Virus record (IMG/VR): IMGVR_UViG_3300027628_000012
Reading direction: 5' to 3' (one strand)
Source of the DNA: a virus
DNA: 64,000 bases
Numbering within the stretch: the stretch's first letter is position 1; the number at the start of each line of letters is the position of its first letter. Positions 46,077 to 56,216 of the stretch are shown piece after piece. A model generated the notes under the pieces. That model was not told the DNA's origin, did no database searches, and saw only the letters and a list, made by a program, of their open reading frames with translations. The position numbers and the translations under genes were made by a program.

Positions 46077-46243
46077 ACTTAGAAAAGTTAGGTAAGGAAC
46101 TCAATATTACTTCTGTTGATGATGAAATGCGCTTACTAGTGTGTCCTAAGTGTAATAAGTTAGATGTTTTGCGCAAAAAAACAACCCACGCAAAATGCAC
46201 GTGTGGAGTATTAATTAAAATGAAAGAGAGATGGTATGAATGA
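46010..46243 (+). CDS. Small zinc-ribbon protein
   Basis: CPKC...CTCG. Confidence 0.5.
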   Translation: MGKRDEMVQLFTNGNGTFGRAINLEKLGKELNITSVDDEMRLLVCPKCNKLDVLRKKTTHAKCTCGVLIKMKERWYE

Positions 46244-46872
46244 TTCCATATGCAGTTGTTAATACAAAACACTTAGGAGTGCCAGTGGTTCGGAAAACTA
46301 AATTGATTTACCAGAAGACGAAGTTTACTTTATCGAGCGGCTTGGAGTTGTTTGATAGCAATGAAATGTGTATAAGACGAGCAATGGTCAATCTGATTAC
46401 GGTATGGGGCTTGAGAGCAGCACATGTATTCCACTATAAGAGTGGTTCTGTTGATTGGCATATGTTCCAGCCTTCTTCTTCACATGTAAATCAAGCCGAG
46501 ATTAACGGGCATATGATATTTGCCATTCAAGCAATGAAAGCAGGTGAGATGGCACCATGTTTGCAAATTGAAAGCACGAAGAAAGCGTTGCTAACTAATA
46601 AAGCTGACATTATGGATTTACTAAACGGTTTTCATTCAGAAGACCGTATTTTTATTGTGCTCATTTTTAACGATCGGGCATTTGCTACAGGTAATTATTT
46701 TGATGAGTCCACACTTTGTAAGGCAATAGTTAACTATCAACCTTATGAAGAAGAAAATGCGGTAGTCTGGCCAGAAAAGGATAGTTACCTGCGTCTTCTT
46801 GCAGAACGTGTACCACCACAAAAACCTGTTATAAGGATAGTGGAGCGATATAACAAAAAGGAGTGTAAGTAA
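46240..46872 (+). CDS. Hypothetical protein
   Basis: 210-aa ORF; a class B motif lies in its 3' end. Confidence 0.6.
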   Translation: MIPYAVVNTKHLGVPVVRKTKLIYQKTKFTLSSGLELFDSNEMCIRRAMVNLITVWGLRAAHVFHYKSGSVDWHMFQPSSSHVNQAEINGHMIFAIQAMKAGEMAPCLQIESTKKALLTNKADIMDLLNGFHSEDRIFIVLIFNDRAFATGNYFDESTLCKAIVNYQPYEEENAVVWPEKDSYLRLLAERVPPQKPVIRIVERYNKKECK

Positions 46873-47306
46873 TGACAAATAATAACAAAAAACAAACAAC
46901 AAAAAATGACGAAGGAGTAGTAAAAATGAATAATGAACAACCAGTAAAAAAATCTAACAAAATGGAAGAGGTATTAGAAACGATGAAAGCAGTAGATTTT
47001 AAAGAAAGCAATGAGTACGATGTAAAGAAAGCAGAAGTAGTTGTGTCATATATGACAGAACAAATGAAGTTAGAACATGAAAGAAAGTTAGTGGAATTAG
47101 AAATAAAAAAACTAATCGAAAAGCATGCTCAATCAGTAAATGATCGATTAGTAGCAGCAGATTCAAAAGTAAAAATGGTGAATATAATTGCAGATACAGC
47201 ATTAAGAGTCGGAGCAATAGCAGCAGTAACAACAATAACATGTATTGGAATGGCCAATATTAAAGAAGTTGGTTTAGAAGAAATAAGATTAGGCGCAGAA
47301 AAGTAA
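46872..47306 (+). CDS. Coiled-coil protein with a C-terminal hydrophobic helix
   Basis: RBS AAGGAG; class B motif at 46827; terminator at 47313-47340. Confidence 0.6.
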   Translation: MTNNNKKQTTKNDEGVVKMNNEQPVKKSNKMEEVLETMKAVDFKESNEYDVKKAEVVVSYMTEQMKLEHERKLVELEIKKLIEKHAQSVNDRLVAADSKVKMVNIIADTALRVGAIAAVTTITCIGMANIKEVGLEEIRLGAEK

Positions 47307-47388
47307 GAATCTAGCAGCAAGCATTTGCTTGCTGCTTTTTTATTTTTGTTATGATTACGAAAAGTGCTCATGACAAGGAGGATACAAG

Positions 47389-47955
47389 TTGGAACTAATT
47401 CATGAAGAACATGAAGGCTTTTTTTATATATTGCATTTTGCACGTAAGAAAGAGAATGAGTTGGAACGAATGAAAGTGAGTTTTGAAAGCGGCTGGTCAC
47501 TGCACAATGAAGAGGAAATGAGTTTCTATAAGGTTGGTGAAGAACGAGACTTCCCTTACGAGTTAAATAGAGATTTTAAGTCTATTCCATTGCACATTCC
47601 AGATAGCGCAGGAAGAGATGTATTTAAGGCGTGCTTTGATTATTTAGTAAAGGAAACAAGCGCTCCTGTCCATATTAGCTTTACAAATCATCCTGGCTAT
47701 CCTATTACTCTACTTACTTACAATGCTTATGTAATGGACAAACGAGACGTTTTAACGATTGCTCATGACATAATGGCAGCAATTAAAATAGCGGTTATTA
47801 CGAAAGAAGAAATACAGGAGTCTTCTGAGCAAGTAGCTGATGACAATGAGACAGACGAAAATATTATCATCGATTATGAAGAAGATCCAGAGCTCAAAGC
47901 CTTGATGAAGCAACCTGTTACGCAAGAAATACTACCTTTAGAAGGGGGAGAATAA
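47389..47955 (+). CDS. Hypothetical protein
   Basis: TTG start after AAGGAGG. Confidence 0.6.
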   Translation: MELIHEEHEGFFYILHFARKKENELERMKVSFESGWSLHNEEEMSFYKVGEERDFPYELNRDFKSIPLHIPDSAGRDVFKACFDYLVKETSAPVHISFTNHPGYPITLLTYNAYVMDKRDVLTIAHDIMAAIKIAVITKEEIQESSEQVADDNETDENIIIDYEEDPELKALMKQPVTQEILPLEGGE

Positions 47956-47959
47956 CGGT

Positions 47960-48964
47960 TTGATAAAGTTTTTGTATTCAACAGACTGGCACTTTACAGG
48001 CAAAAATCCCGTAGCACGTAAAGATGACTATCCTGCTGCCATAGAAAAAAAGATACGAGATTTTTTTAGAACGGGACACAAATTAGAAGTAGATGCTTTT
48101 TTAGCCGGTGGTGATTTTTTCAATTCTGCGCATACATCTCCTGAAGTCGTGACGAGACTTGGGAAGATTGTCGATTCTGAACAAAAGGGTAAAGGCTTGT
48201 TCGGAATGTGGGGGAATCATGATGAAATTGGTTATAACCCTAATACGGTAAAGAAAACAGCAATTGGGGTTATGCAAGAGTTTAGTAAGCTGTTCACTAT
48301 CTTGGATCGAACTCCTTATATTTTTGAAGCAAATGGAATGAAAGTGAAATTAACGGCTGTCAGTGCTTATGCTCAATTGGATAGTCATATTTACGATGAA
48401 CATGGAAATATTGTTCAGCACAGATCGAGAGATTGGATTGTAGAACATTCAGATGGGACACCTCATATTCATATGGCGCATGGCTTTTTAACTCCTAGAC
48501 CGCTTTTAGACACCATACGCCATACATTAATTGAGGAAATGAGACATACAAAGGCAACAATTACGCTTGGAGCACATGATCATTCTGGCTTTCCTGTTAC
48601 AAAACTTGATAATGGACTTGCTTATAATCCAGGTAGTTTAGGTCGTACCAAAGCTTCTCATGAAGAAATGAATCGCATGCCTAAATATGCTCTCATAACA
48701 ATTCATGAGGATGGAACAGGGGAGATTGAGCCTATACCTTGTAAAGTGGCTGAACCAGGTATAGAAGTGATGGATCGCAGCGTAATAGATGCTAAGAAAG
48801 AGAAAGAAGCAAGGTTAAAGGCTGCCCGAGATAAAATGCGTGTTGTGTTAAAGGACATTGATATCAAAGGCGTGGATCTAGACGTAATCGTGGATGGGTT
48901 TAAGGATAAAACAAAACCAGCAGTATTTGCGGAAGTAAAGAAGAGACTAAAACTATTTAATTAG
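47960..48964 (+). CDS. sbcD: SbcD/Mre11-like metallophosphoesterase nuclease
   Basis: STDWH, GGDFF, WGNHDE, MAHG, LGAHDH, NPGSLGR. Confidence 0.88.
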   Translation: MIKFLYSTDWHFTGKNPVARKDDYPAAIEKKIRDFFRTGHKLEVDAFLAGGDFFNSAHTSPEVVTRLGKIVDSEQKGKGLFGMWGNHDEIGYNPNTVKKTAIGVMQEFSKLFTILDRTPYIFEANGMKVKLTAVSAYAQLDSHIYDEHGNIVQHRSRDWIVEHSDGTPHIHMAHGFLTPRPLLDTIRHTLIEEMRHTKATITLGAHDHSGFPVTKLDNGLAYNPGSLGRTKASHEEMNRMPKYALITIHEDGTGEIEPIPCKVAEPGIEVMDRSVIDAKKEKEARLKAARDKMRVVLKDIDIKGVDLDVIVDGFKDKTKPAVFAEVKKRLKLFN

Positions 48965-48977
48965 GAGAGTGTGTAAC

Positions 48978-49997
48978 GTGGCGAAGGAACTTATAGATTT
49001 ATATAAAATTTTAGGTGTGGAAAAGGATTCGACTGCAAAAGAGATTCAAAAGGCATATCGTAACTTAGCTAAAACAAAACATCCAGATGTATGTAAAGAG
49101 CCCAATGCTGCTGAAGAATTTCAACAAATACATGATGCATATGAAACCCTGAGTGATCCAGCACGCAAAAAAGAATATGATGATTTTGCGAAAAATTATA
49201 GTCCTGAGAGCTCAAAATCGTTTGATGAAGTATTCAAAGAGTTCCATAGTGGTATTAAAGGTGTTCATGCTCCCCTTAAAGGTGAAAATGTGGAAATTGA
49301 AGTTTTATTCACTGTAAAGGACATTCGAGCAAGGGCACATAAGAAAATTGAATTTGACCGCTATATTAATTGTAATGAGTGTGAAGGGCATGGGTTTAAG
49401 CGTATGGAAGCTGATGCATGCCCAAGCTGCAGAACATTCGGTTATACCTTAGATGAAATATATTCTCCTTTTGGTGACATCAAGACTGAAAGACGCTGTG
49501 TTACTTGTTCTGGAAAGGGTTATGTTAAACCAACTGATTGTGAGGCATGTAGCGGCAAAGGGAAGTTAAATAGAATGGTCAACCTTACATTTGTAATGTC
49601 TGAAGGAACAACAGATGGTCAACGGATTACGCTAATCGGCAGAGGTGATCAAGGGATAAATGGCGGCGGTAATGGAGATTTAATTTTAGTGATGAGACAT
49701 GATAAGAGTGATATCTTTTCTATTACAAATCAATTTGATGTTCATCAAACAATAAAGGTTCCATATCTAAAGACATTAACTGGGGGATCCATGAAAGTAA
49801 TTATGCCTTCTGGACAGGAAGTTGATGTACCGGTTCCGCGTGGAGCAAAACAAGGCCATCAAATTATTGTGCCGGATGAAGGTCTACTTAATACACGAAA
49901 CGGCTTTTATGGAACACTTACGTTACACGTAGATATTGAAGTGCCAAAAGGGTTAACAGATGCAAAAATAAAGAAAATTATCGAAATATTAAGTTAA
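48978..49997 (+). CDS. dnaJ: DnaJ chaperone (J domain, four CxxCxGxG-type motifs, C-terminal domain)
   Basis: DLYKILGV...KHPD...AYETLSDP; CNECEGHG, CPSCRTFG, CVTCSGKG, CEACSGKG; GDLIL. GTG 48978 after AGGAG. Confidence 0.93.
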   Translation: MAKELIDLYKILGVEKDSTAKEIQKAYRNLAKTKHPDVCKEPNAAEEFQQIHDAYETLSDPARKKEYDDFAKNYSPESSKSFDEVFKEFHSGIKGVHAPLKGENVEIEVLFTVKDIRARAHKKIEFDRYINCNECEGHGFKRMEADACPSCRTFGYTLDEIYSPFGDIKTERRCVTCSGKGYVKPTDCEACSGKGKLNRMVNLTFVMSEGTTDGQRITLIGRGDQGINGGGNGDLILVMRHDKSDIFSITNQFDVHQTIKVPYLKTLTGGSMKVIMPSGQEVDVPVPRGAKQGHQIIVPDEGLLNTRNGFYGTLTLHVDIEVPKGLTDAKIKKIIEILS

Positions 49998-50009
49998 GGA
50001 GGAGCTTGG

Positions 50010-51296
50010 ATGTCAGTTGCTTTAGAAGAAGACATTTGGATAAAAGAAGTGGAGATTGTGAACTTCCAGTCTATTGAACAAATTAAGATAAAGCTTGTGA
50101 ATGGCACTAATGCTTTTGTAGGTGAGAGTAACAGCGGAAAGTCAGCAACAATACGGGCTATCCGCTGGTGTCTTCTTAATAAACCGAATGGAGACTATTT
50201 TATAACAACAGGACAGAAAGAAGCTATGGTTAGAGTCACTTTGTCCAGCGATAAGATTATTGAGAGAAGAAAAGGCGGGGGCGTTAATTTTTATCGTTTG
50301 TTTTATAAAGATGAATTGCTTGGAGAGTATACAGGATTCGGTACATCCGTTCCTCCTGAAATAGTTGAGGCACATGGGATTGTGCCTATTAGCGGTGATG
50401 TGTACTTTCAGTTTTCACAACAATTAGAAAGTGCATTTCTTCTTTCGTTACGGCCTTCCAAACGAGCTGAAGTCTTAGGTAACTTAGATGAACTTGAAAG
50501 AATTGATTCAGCACTTTCAGGCATTAATGAAGACATTCGTAATCATGTCAAAAGTCAAAAAGAGATGAAGAAAGAAAATAAAACAATAACTAAAGAAATA
50601 ACTAATTTAAAAGGTGAGACGGATCGTATTCGTTCTAAAATTGACACTTTAAAAGCGTTGAAAGAAGGGCTGCAAACTAAAATTAATTTGCACACTCATC
50701 TTACACAGCAGATTGAAAGATTAAAAGAGATCCAGGTCTTGATGAAAGAAATTGATGAAAAGCTTTTTAAGGCTAATCGAGTAGTTGAAGCGTGGCCTAG
50801 TGACTTGGAAGAGAAAGTAGCTTTAGCTAAAACGGTTATTCGTTACACAAATCGTTTAAAGGAAATTCAAGATGAACTCAACAGCTTCAGTAACATCAAA
50901 AAAGAGAAGTTGGAAAGGTTAGATGAATTAACCTTATTGATAGATAAACAGGTTGATAAATACAATACAGTCAATAAAGCTGTGACTGCTCTCAAGGCAA
51001 ATGAAAAAGCTTTAGAAGAAATCGAGAAAAGTCCAGCTAGACATGCTGCGGCTTTAGATTTACAACCGCTTGAAAAAGATATAGCTAAATACAAATTGTT
51101 GTTTAATCATATTAATCGTTTACGCGATATCGATAAAAGTCTAGAACGTTCAGATGCGATTGCGAAAGAAGCCCATAAAAATATTGAAAAGGTATTGTAC
51201 CAGTTTACTGACGCATTAAAAGATGCAAAGTTATGTCCTACATGTGGTCAAGAAACTGATCACGTTTGTACCGATACAGTCAAAAATATTATTTAA
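50010..51296 (+). CDS. sbcC: SbcC/Rad50-like ATPase, N-terminal half (Walker A, coiled coil, zinc hook)
   Basis: IVNFQS, GESNSGKS, Q-loop FSQQ, coiled coil, ends at CPTCGQ. Confidence 0.85.
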   Translation: MSVALEEDIWIKEVEIVNFQSIEQIKIKLVNGTNAFVGESNSGKSATIRAIRWCLLNKPNGDYFITTGQKEAMVRVTLSSDKIIERRKGGGVNFYRLFYKDELLGEYTGFGTSVPPEIVEAHGIVPISGDVYFQFSQQLESAFLLSLRPSKRAEVLGNLDELERIDSALSGINEDIRNHVKSQKEMKKENKTITKEITNLKGETDRIRSKIDTLKALKEGLQTKINLHTHLTQQIERLKEIQVLMKEIDEKLFKANRVVEAWPSDLEEKVALAKTVIRYTNRLKEIQDELNSFSNIKKEKLERLDELTLLIDKQVDKYNTVNKAVTALKANEKALEEIEKSPARHAAALDLQPLEKDIAKYKLLFNHINRLRDIDKSLERSDAIAKEAHKNIEKVLYQFTDALKDAKLCPTCGQETDHVCTDTVKNII

Positions 51297-51311
51297 AAGG
51301 AGATTGTTAGT

Positions 51312-51563
51312 ATGGCAACAGAATTTGAAAATTTGAAAAATATTGCTGAAGAAGCTAAACAAACAGCAATGAGAGAAGCAATAAAAACAGAACAGCTTAA
51401 TGATGAGAAAAGCCGTATTTTTGAGGACTTAGAAGAAACATTTGAACAACCTATTAAAGAGGTTGAAACGGCTGAGTCAATTGCAGCTGAGTTAAAAGAG
51501 TCTATTACGTCTAATATGGTTGAATATAAAAAGGTGCTCAGAGAGTTAGGGTATAACGTATGA
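51312..51563 (+). CDS. Short coiled-coil protein, possible middle piece of the split SbcC
   Basis: All-helical; lies between the two SbcC halves. Confidence 0.5.
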   Translation: MATEFENLKNIAEEAKQTAMREAIKTEQLNDEKSRIFEDLEETFEQPIKEVETAESIAAELKESITSNMVEYKKVLRELGYNV

Positions 51564-52204
51564 GAGAAATACAAAATATCCTTGCTATTACTGATGAGGC
51601 AATAGCAAGCTTCAATGGTACCTTAGCAGAAATAGATAAGTTAGAAATGGAATTACAGGAAAACGAAAAAGAATTAAAAAAGTTAGAAGAGCTTCTTGAA
51701 TTGTATGAAGACGTTCGTATTGTTTTACAAGAGCTTGCTGAGACAACAAGAGAACAGGTCTGTTCGGATTTAGAACATGTAGTAACTTTGTGTTTACAAG
51801 CTGTATTTGATGATCGCTACAGCTTTGAAATTGAAATAGATACAAGTCGTAACAATACAATTATTGAGTTTTATGTAGTAAAAACAGCTAGAGGCGTAGT
51901 AACCAAACGACCGCCCGAAGATAGTATGGGCGGAGGGACAGTAGATACGTGTGCAATAGGATTACGTTTTGGTTTACTTCAAATATTAAATCCCAAACCA
52001 CTGGGCCCAATTATATTAGATGAACCTGCTAAAATGGTATCCGTTGAACGTATCAATGCCATTGCTTCATTATTACAGGAGTTAACCAACATGTTTAAGA
52101 AACAAACGATTCTTGTTACTCATCACAAATCAATTATAGATATAGTAGATCATCTAATCTTTTATGAGGAAGTTGACGGGTATACACGCGTTGAAACAGC
52201 TTGA
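51560..52204 (+). CDS. sbcC: SbcC/Rad50-like ATPase, C-terminal half
   Basis: Coiled coil, ABC signature SMGGG, Walker B IILDEP, H-loop LVTHH. Confidence 0.85.
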   Translation: MREIQNILAITDEAIASFNGTLAEIDKLEMELQENEKELKKLEELLELYEDVRIVLQELAETTREQVCSDLEHVVTLCLQAVFDDRYSFEIEIDTSRNNTIIEFYVVKTARGVVTKRPPEDSMGGGTVDTCAIGLRFGLLQILNPKPLGPIILDEPAKMVSVERINAIASLLQELTNMFKKQTILVTHHKSIIDIVDHLIFYEEVDGYTRVETA

Positions 52205-52218
52205 GGGGAGATGTTTGC

Positions 52219-52614
52219 ATGAAAGTACCACCAGGCGTTAAAGAGTATGAAGAGAGTATTATAGAATCAAAGAATTTATTGAACCGTCTTAAAAAAGGTT
52301 CACGTATGATTAAAACAGCAATGAAAGACAATAAAATGATTGATGCTAGGAAGATGATGGATTTATGGGTTCAGTATTCTGATCAGATGGCAGATCATTT
52401 AGAACTGGCCACTGTTATTCATCAGCATTATATGACAGGAAACTCAGTGGTGTTGACCAATGGGAAGTTAAGCAAAGTAGAAGATATTATGGATATGGAT
52501 CCTAAAGCTATAGAGTTCTGGGAGCTATATTCTGTTATGAAGATGCATGAGATATTCGGTGATGATTATAAAAACTTTGTTGAAGTGGAAGAAGGAGAAA
52601 GCCCGGTGAACTAA
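52219..52614 (+). CDS. Hypothetical protein
   Basis: ATG 52219 after GAGGGGAG. Confidence 0.6.
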   Translation: MKVPPGVKEYEESIIESKNLLNRLKKGSRMIKTAMKDNKMIDARKMMDLWVQYSDQMADHLELATVIHQHYMTGNSVVLTNGKLSKVEDIMDMDPKAIEFWELYSVMKMHEIFGDDYKNFVEVEEGESPVN

Positions 52615-52710
52615 GGGTTTTCTCCTTTTTGGTATTGTGACAAAACTGAAAAAAAGCTGTTATAAGAAATGTAGGAAAGACAATAAAACATTAGAAAGAA
52701 GGAATCAGTA

Positions 52711-53205
52711 ATGGAAAACAATATGGAGAATTTTGAAGTAGAAAATCAAAACAATGAAGGAGTGGAAGTTATGGAAGAAATTATGAACAATGAAGTTGAA
52801 GCAAAAGAAGCAGGTTTAGGATTTTTAGCAGGTCTAGGAATTGGAGCAGGAGCAGGTTTAGCAGTAGCAACAGGAACATGGTTTTATCAACGTAAAGTGA
52901 GACGTGATATTTTGAAAGCATTGAAATATTCAATGGAAATAGCAGCACTAAAGAATAAAAATAGCAAAACATACACTACGAAGAAACGTAGAAAAGAAGT
53001 AACAGTATCAATCGAAAACATTGATATCAGAGGAAGCATTAAACTAATCGCATACATTCAAGAAAACTTATCAAAAGTAAGAATGAGTAAGAGTGAAAGA
53101 AAAGATTGGGAAAGTATAATTGACGAGCTTGTAACGCAAGGCGGTATAGCAAGTAATCAAGACATGATCGTAGAAGAAACAATCGATAACAAGAATGCAG
53201 AGTAA
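52711..53205 (+). CDS. Single-TM protein in a promoter-gene-terminator unit
   Basis: Class B motif at 52658; GLGFLAGLGIGAGAGLAVA segment; terminator at 53213-53247. Confidence 0.65.
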   Translation: MENNMENFEVENQNNEGVEVMEEIMNNEVEAKEAGLGFLAGLGIGAGAGLAVATGTWFYQRKVRRDILKALKYSMEIAALKNKNSKTYTTKKRRKEVTVSIENIDIRGSIKLIAYIQENLSKVRMSKSERKDWESIIDELVTQGGIASNQDMIVEETIDNKNAE

Positions 53206-53294
53206 TAACAGCAAGTGACACAGATAATTGTGTCACTTCTTTTTTTTATTTATTAATTTAAAAAACTAAAACATTATTAAAGGGGACTATTAAA

Positions 53295-54389
53295 ATGACA
53301 CAAGTTCAAGATACAGTAAACCAAAGTATGACTTCAGCACTTTCTTTATTACATCCGATTGCAACAATGAATATCAATCCAAATTTACAAAGCGTTTTCT
53401 TTAATCCAGAAGAAGGAATTGCATTATGTGGATTTAGACGTGAAGTAGCTGATTTAGGTGCAGCATTTGTTTGTGCAAGATATGGTCGTAACAATGAAGT
53501 AAAAGTAGCTCATAACAAATATGAGAAAGGTCCAGGTCTTGTTAATTATGAAAGAGAAGGCGAATACTTTGAGACAAATAAAGGGCTACCAGGTAGAACG
53601 AATGAGAATGGTGGACTAGAAGCTGTTAATCATGCAGCAGCTATAGAACAAATTGAAGCTGGAAAAGCAGAAGTAGAAGGAGCTTTTGAAGTAGGGTTGA
53701 ATCCTGGTGCTGTTTTTAAATTCTTAGAGTATTTACAAAAAACACATAAGGAGAAAACTAGAGACAAAAAGGTAAATATTATGTGTACGACAGATGTAAT
53801 TCCAAAAGGGCATTTTGTTGCAGTTCCAGAAAGAATGCCTGATGGAGAAGTAGTTGTAATGACAAAGATTGTCGCAAATGGAAAACCGCGTTTAATCCCG
53901 CTATATATCCATGAAAACTCTAAGATTCATGTAACAAAGTTAAATCCAGGCGTAGTTTACATTGTTAAACCTGTGAGCGTTGATAAGCACACAGGTAAAA
54001 GATTTGTAGATGTATTGCGTCCACAACATGAAGGAGTTCGTATTGCAGCACAACATTTCAAAATGGGTATTATCAAACCAGGAGATCCAGCTTATAGTGT
54101 TGATCCTGATAGCAACAATGGACTGCTGGCTCGTGGGATTAAAAACTTCTCTTATCTTGCAGGTCAAAACAGAAGTAAAATTCAAGGTGCGCCAATGATG
54201 ACAATTGATTTAGATATCTTCTATAACTTAATGAAGATGTTCTCAGCGTATCCAGTTGTAGCTATGCGCTTTAAAGACTACACAGCAGGTATTTATATGG
54301 CAGCAAGAGGTAATGAATATTTACCGCATATTGAAGCTCTTGTAGCGCCAACAGTTCAACACGTTCGCGGAAGAATCTGGTTGCCATGA
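53295..54389 (+). CDS. Hypothetical protein, possible beta-clamp-like fold; first gene of the VW-array operon
   Basis: C-terminus IDLDIFYNLMKMFSAYPVVAMRFKDYTAGIYM...EALVAP resembles the DnaN C-terminal domain pattern, matched by eye. Confidence 0.4.
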   Translation: MTQVQDTVNQSMTSALSLLHPIATMNINPNLQSVFFNPEEGIALCGFRREVADLGAAFVCARYGRNNEVKVAHNKYEKGPGLVNYEREGEYFETNKGLPGRTNENGGLEAVNHAAAIEQIEAGKAEVEGAFEVGLNPGAVFKFLEYLQKTHKEKTRDKKVNIMCTTDVIPKGHFVAVPERMPDGEVVVMTKIVANGKPRLIPLYIHENSKIHVTKLNPGVVYIVKPVSVDKHTGKRFVDVLRPQHEGVRIAAQHFKMGIIKPGDPAYSVDPDSNNGLLARGIKNFSYLAGQNRSKIQGAPMMTIDLDIFYNLMKMFSAYPVVAMRFKDYTAGIYMAARGNEYLPHIEALVAPTVQHVRGRIWLP

Positions 54390-54742
54390 TTAAACAAAAC
54401 GGACTTATTTTGTTGGAGGAAGATGATTTAGGCGTTGATATAAATGATATTTATCAACGAGTATGTTATTACGATAAGCGACTGCCAGAGTTTGAGGATA
54501 TATATGATGATTATAAGATTCAAGTCATAAATAAAAATATTGATGAGCAAACAAGTCATATAACAGGATATTTATCAGAGCTACGAAGTGGCAAAGAGTT
54601 TGAAGAATTAAAGAGGTTAGAAGTTAAGGAGCTTCCTACTTTATCTAAAGTGGAGCTCCATTTTTATTTAAATAGAAAATATTATGCGTTTGCTGGCGGA
54701 AAGAAAGATGTATTTAATCCACCAATATTGGAGGTGTGGTAA
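54386..54742 (+). CDS. VW-tail family member 1 (ends FNPPILEVW)
   Basis: Shared C-terminal motif; coupled to neighbours. Confidence 0.75.
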   Translation: MIKQNGLILLEEDDLGVDINDIYQRVCYYDKRLPEFEDIYDDYKIQVINKNIDEQTSHITGYLSELRSGKEFEELKRLEVKELPTLSKVELHFYLNRKYYAFAGGKKDVFNPPILEVW

Positions 54743-55110
54743 TGAATGAATTAATAAAGCATGCAGATTTTGATGTAGAAATATTGTTTAAAATCTATTC
54801 AGAAGTAGTAAGGCGTTATGATATCCCGGATATTGAAATGATCCGGGATCTCTATGATGACCGAGTTCAAGATCGTTTAACGATGTTCCATTACGATGTG
54901 AAACCATATGAATTAGGGGCTCAGCCGAGCTTCCTAATTCATAATCTTCGCACGTATCCAGAAAGCTTGTTAAAGAACCTTAGTAATCAAATTGGCATGA
55001 AAGTAGTATTAGAAACAGAAGAAATTCAAGATGTTTTTGACTACTTTTATATTTGTTATAAAAATGACTTTGACGAGATCTTTCATTTACCTACACGGGA
55101 GGTATGGTAA
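54742..55110 (+). CDS. VW-tail family member 2 (ends FHLPTREVW)
   Basis: TAATG overlap start; shared motif. Confidence 0.75.
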   Translation: MNELIKHADFDVEILFKIYSEVVRRYDIPDIEMIRDLYDDRVQDRLTMFHYDVKPYELGAQPSFLIHNLRTYPESLLKNLSNQIGMKVVLETEEIQDVFDYFYICYKNDFDEIFHLPTREVW

Positions 55111-55380
55111 ATGAATCAGTTAAGCACAGACTTAAAGATGGCTCTGCTTACTAAAAGAGTTGTAGAAGAATATATAAGCGTTTTGGATACAGTCCAGCCT
55201 TATGATAGATTTACTTTTTTAGATTCGTATGTTCCTCATCCACTGGACTTAGTGAACGCAATCCCCGGTGTACCTTGGGAAGAAGCAATGATAGAAATTT
55301 CTAAAGTGATTCATGAAAATCGGATTTTTATAAAATTCAGAGATGAATATTACAATATTCCAATCTTGGAGGTATGGTAA
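55111..55380 (+). CDS. VW-tail family member 3 (ends YNIPILEVW)
   Basis: Shared motif. Confidence 0.75.
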   Translation: MNQLSTDLKMALLTKRVVEEYISVLDTVQPYDRFTFLDSYVPHPLDLVNAIPGVPWEEAMIEISKVIHENRIFIKFRDEYYNIPILEVW

Positions 55381-55776
55381 ATGTTTTTACAAAAACTAGA
55401 GGACTTTCCGTTAGGTTCAATTATTCAACACGAATATATGCATATTGCATCACGAGCTTTTGCTGGTAGTTCGGAGTATCAATTGCCTCATCTAGGTGAA
55501 CTGGTTGAAGAGACAGGAGGATCAACCATCTTAATGTTACGTGAGGAAAACATTAAAGCAGCTATTATGAGAAATGAGCATGAACTATATTCAATGACGA
55601 AAAGACAATTTGTTAAAGCGGCTCTTAGTAAGAAAATTACGCTTCACGGTGAAGAAGTGCCGGATATGAATGACATATCTTTTCAAGTGACAAAATTCCT
55701 TCAATCTCGATGTATGTCCTATATGGATTTTGAAGATAAAATATGGAACTGTCACATAGGACGTGAAGTATGGTGA
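55381..55776 (+). CDS. VW-tail family member 4 (ends WNCHIGREVW)
   Basis: Shared motif with a one-residue insertion. Confidence 0.75.
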   Translation: MFLQKLEDFPLGSIIQHEYMHIASRAFAGSSEYQLPHLGELVEETGGSTILMLREENIKAAIMRNEHELYSMTKRQFVKAALSKKITLHGEEVPDMNDISFQVTKFLQSRCMSYMDFEDKIWNCHIGREVW

Positions 55777-56216
55777 AGCATCAAATTATTAGTGAGCAAA
55801 AACTTTTATCATTAAAAATGGCTTTAATTGATCGTGAATGTATAGATCAATTCGTTGTGGGATTGTTGCTGTGGTATCAAGACTATAAGCCTGTACGTTT
55901 TACGGAAAGCGAAGAAGTAAATAATGTGCCGAATCTATTCGAGTTATTCGAGTATTCTTCTTATGACGAATTAATTACACATCAATTTGTACTGAGCGAT
56001 ATAGCGAAAACAATGAGAGAAATAGAAGGAGCAGATTATGAAACAGTGGAAAGAGATGCAATTGATGTATTTAATGGACGGTATCCTGATTTCTTTGATG
56101 TCATGGTTATGGATTGTCGCACTGTATTAGATGCGTACAATCTTTTTTATTGTTATCAAGATGATGCTCAATACAAACCAAAGATTTATAACCCTTATCT
56201 AAAGGAGGTATGGTAA
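55770..56216 (+). CDS. VW-tail family member 5 (ends YNPYLKEVW)
   Basis: Shared motif. Confidence 0.75.
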   Translation: MVKHQIISEQKLLSLKMALIDRECIDQFVVGLLLWYQDYKPVRFTESEEVNNVPNLFELFEYSSYDELITHQFVLSDIAKTMREIEGADYETVERDAIDVFNGRYPDFFDVMVMDCRTVLDAYNLFYCYQDDAQYKPKIYNPYLKEVW

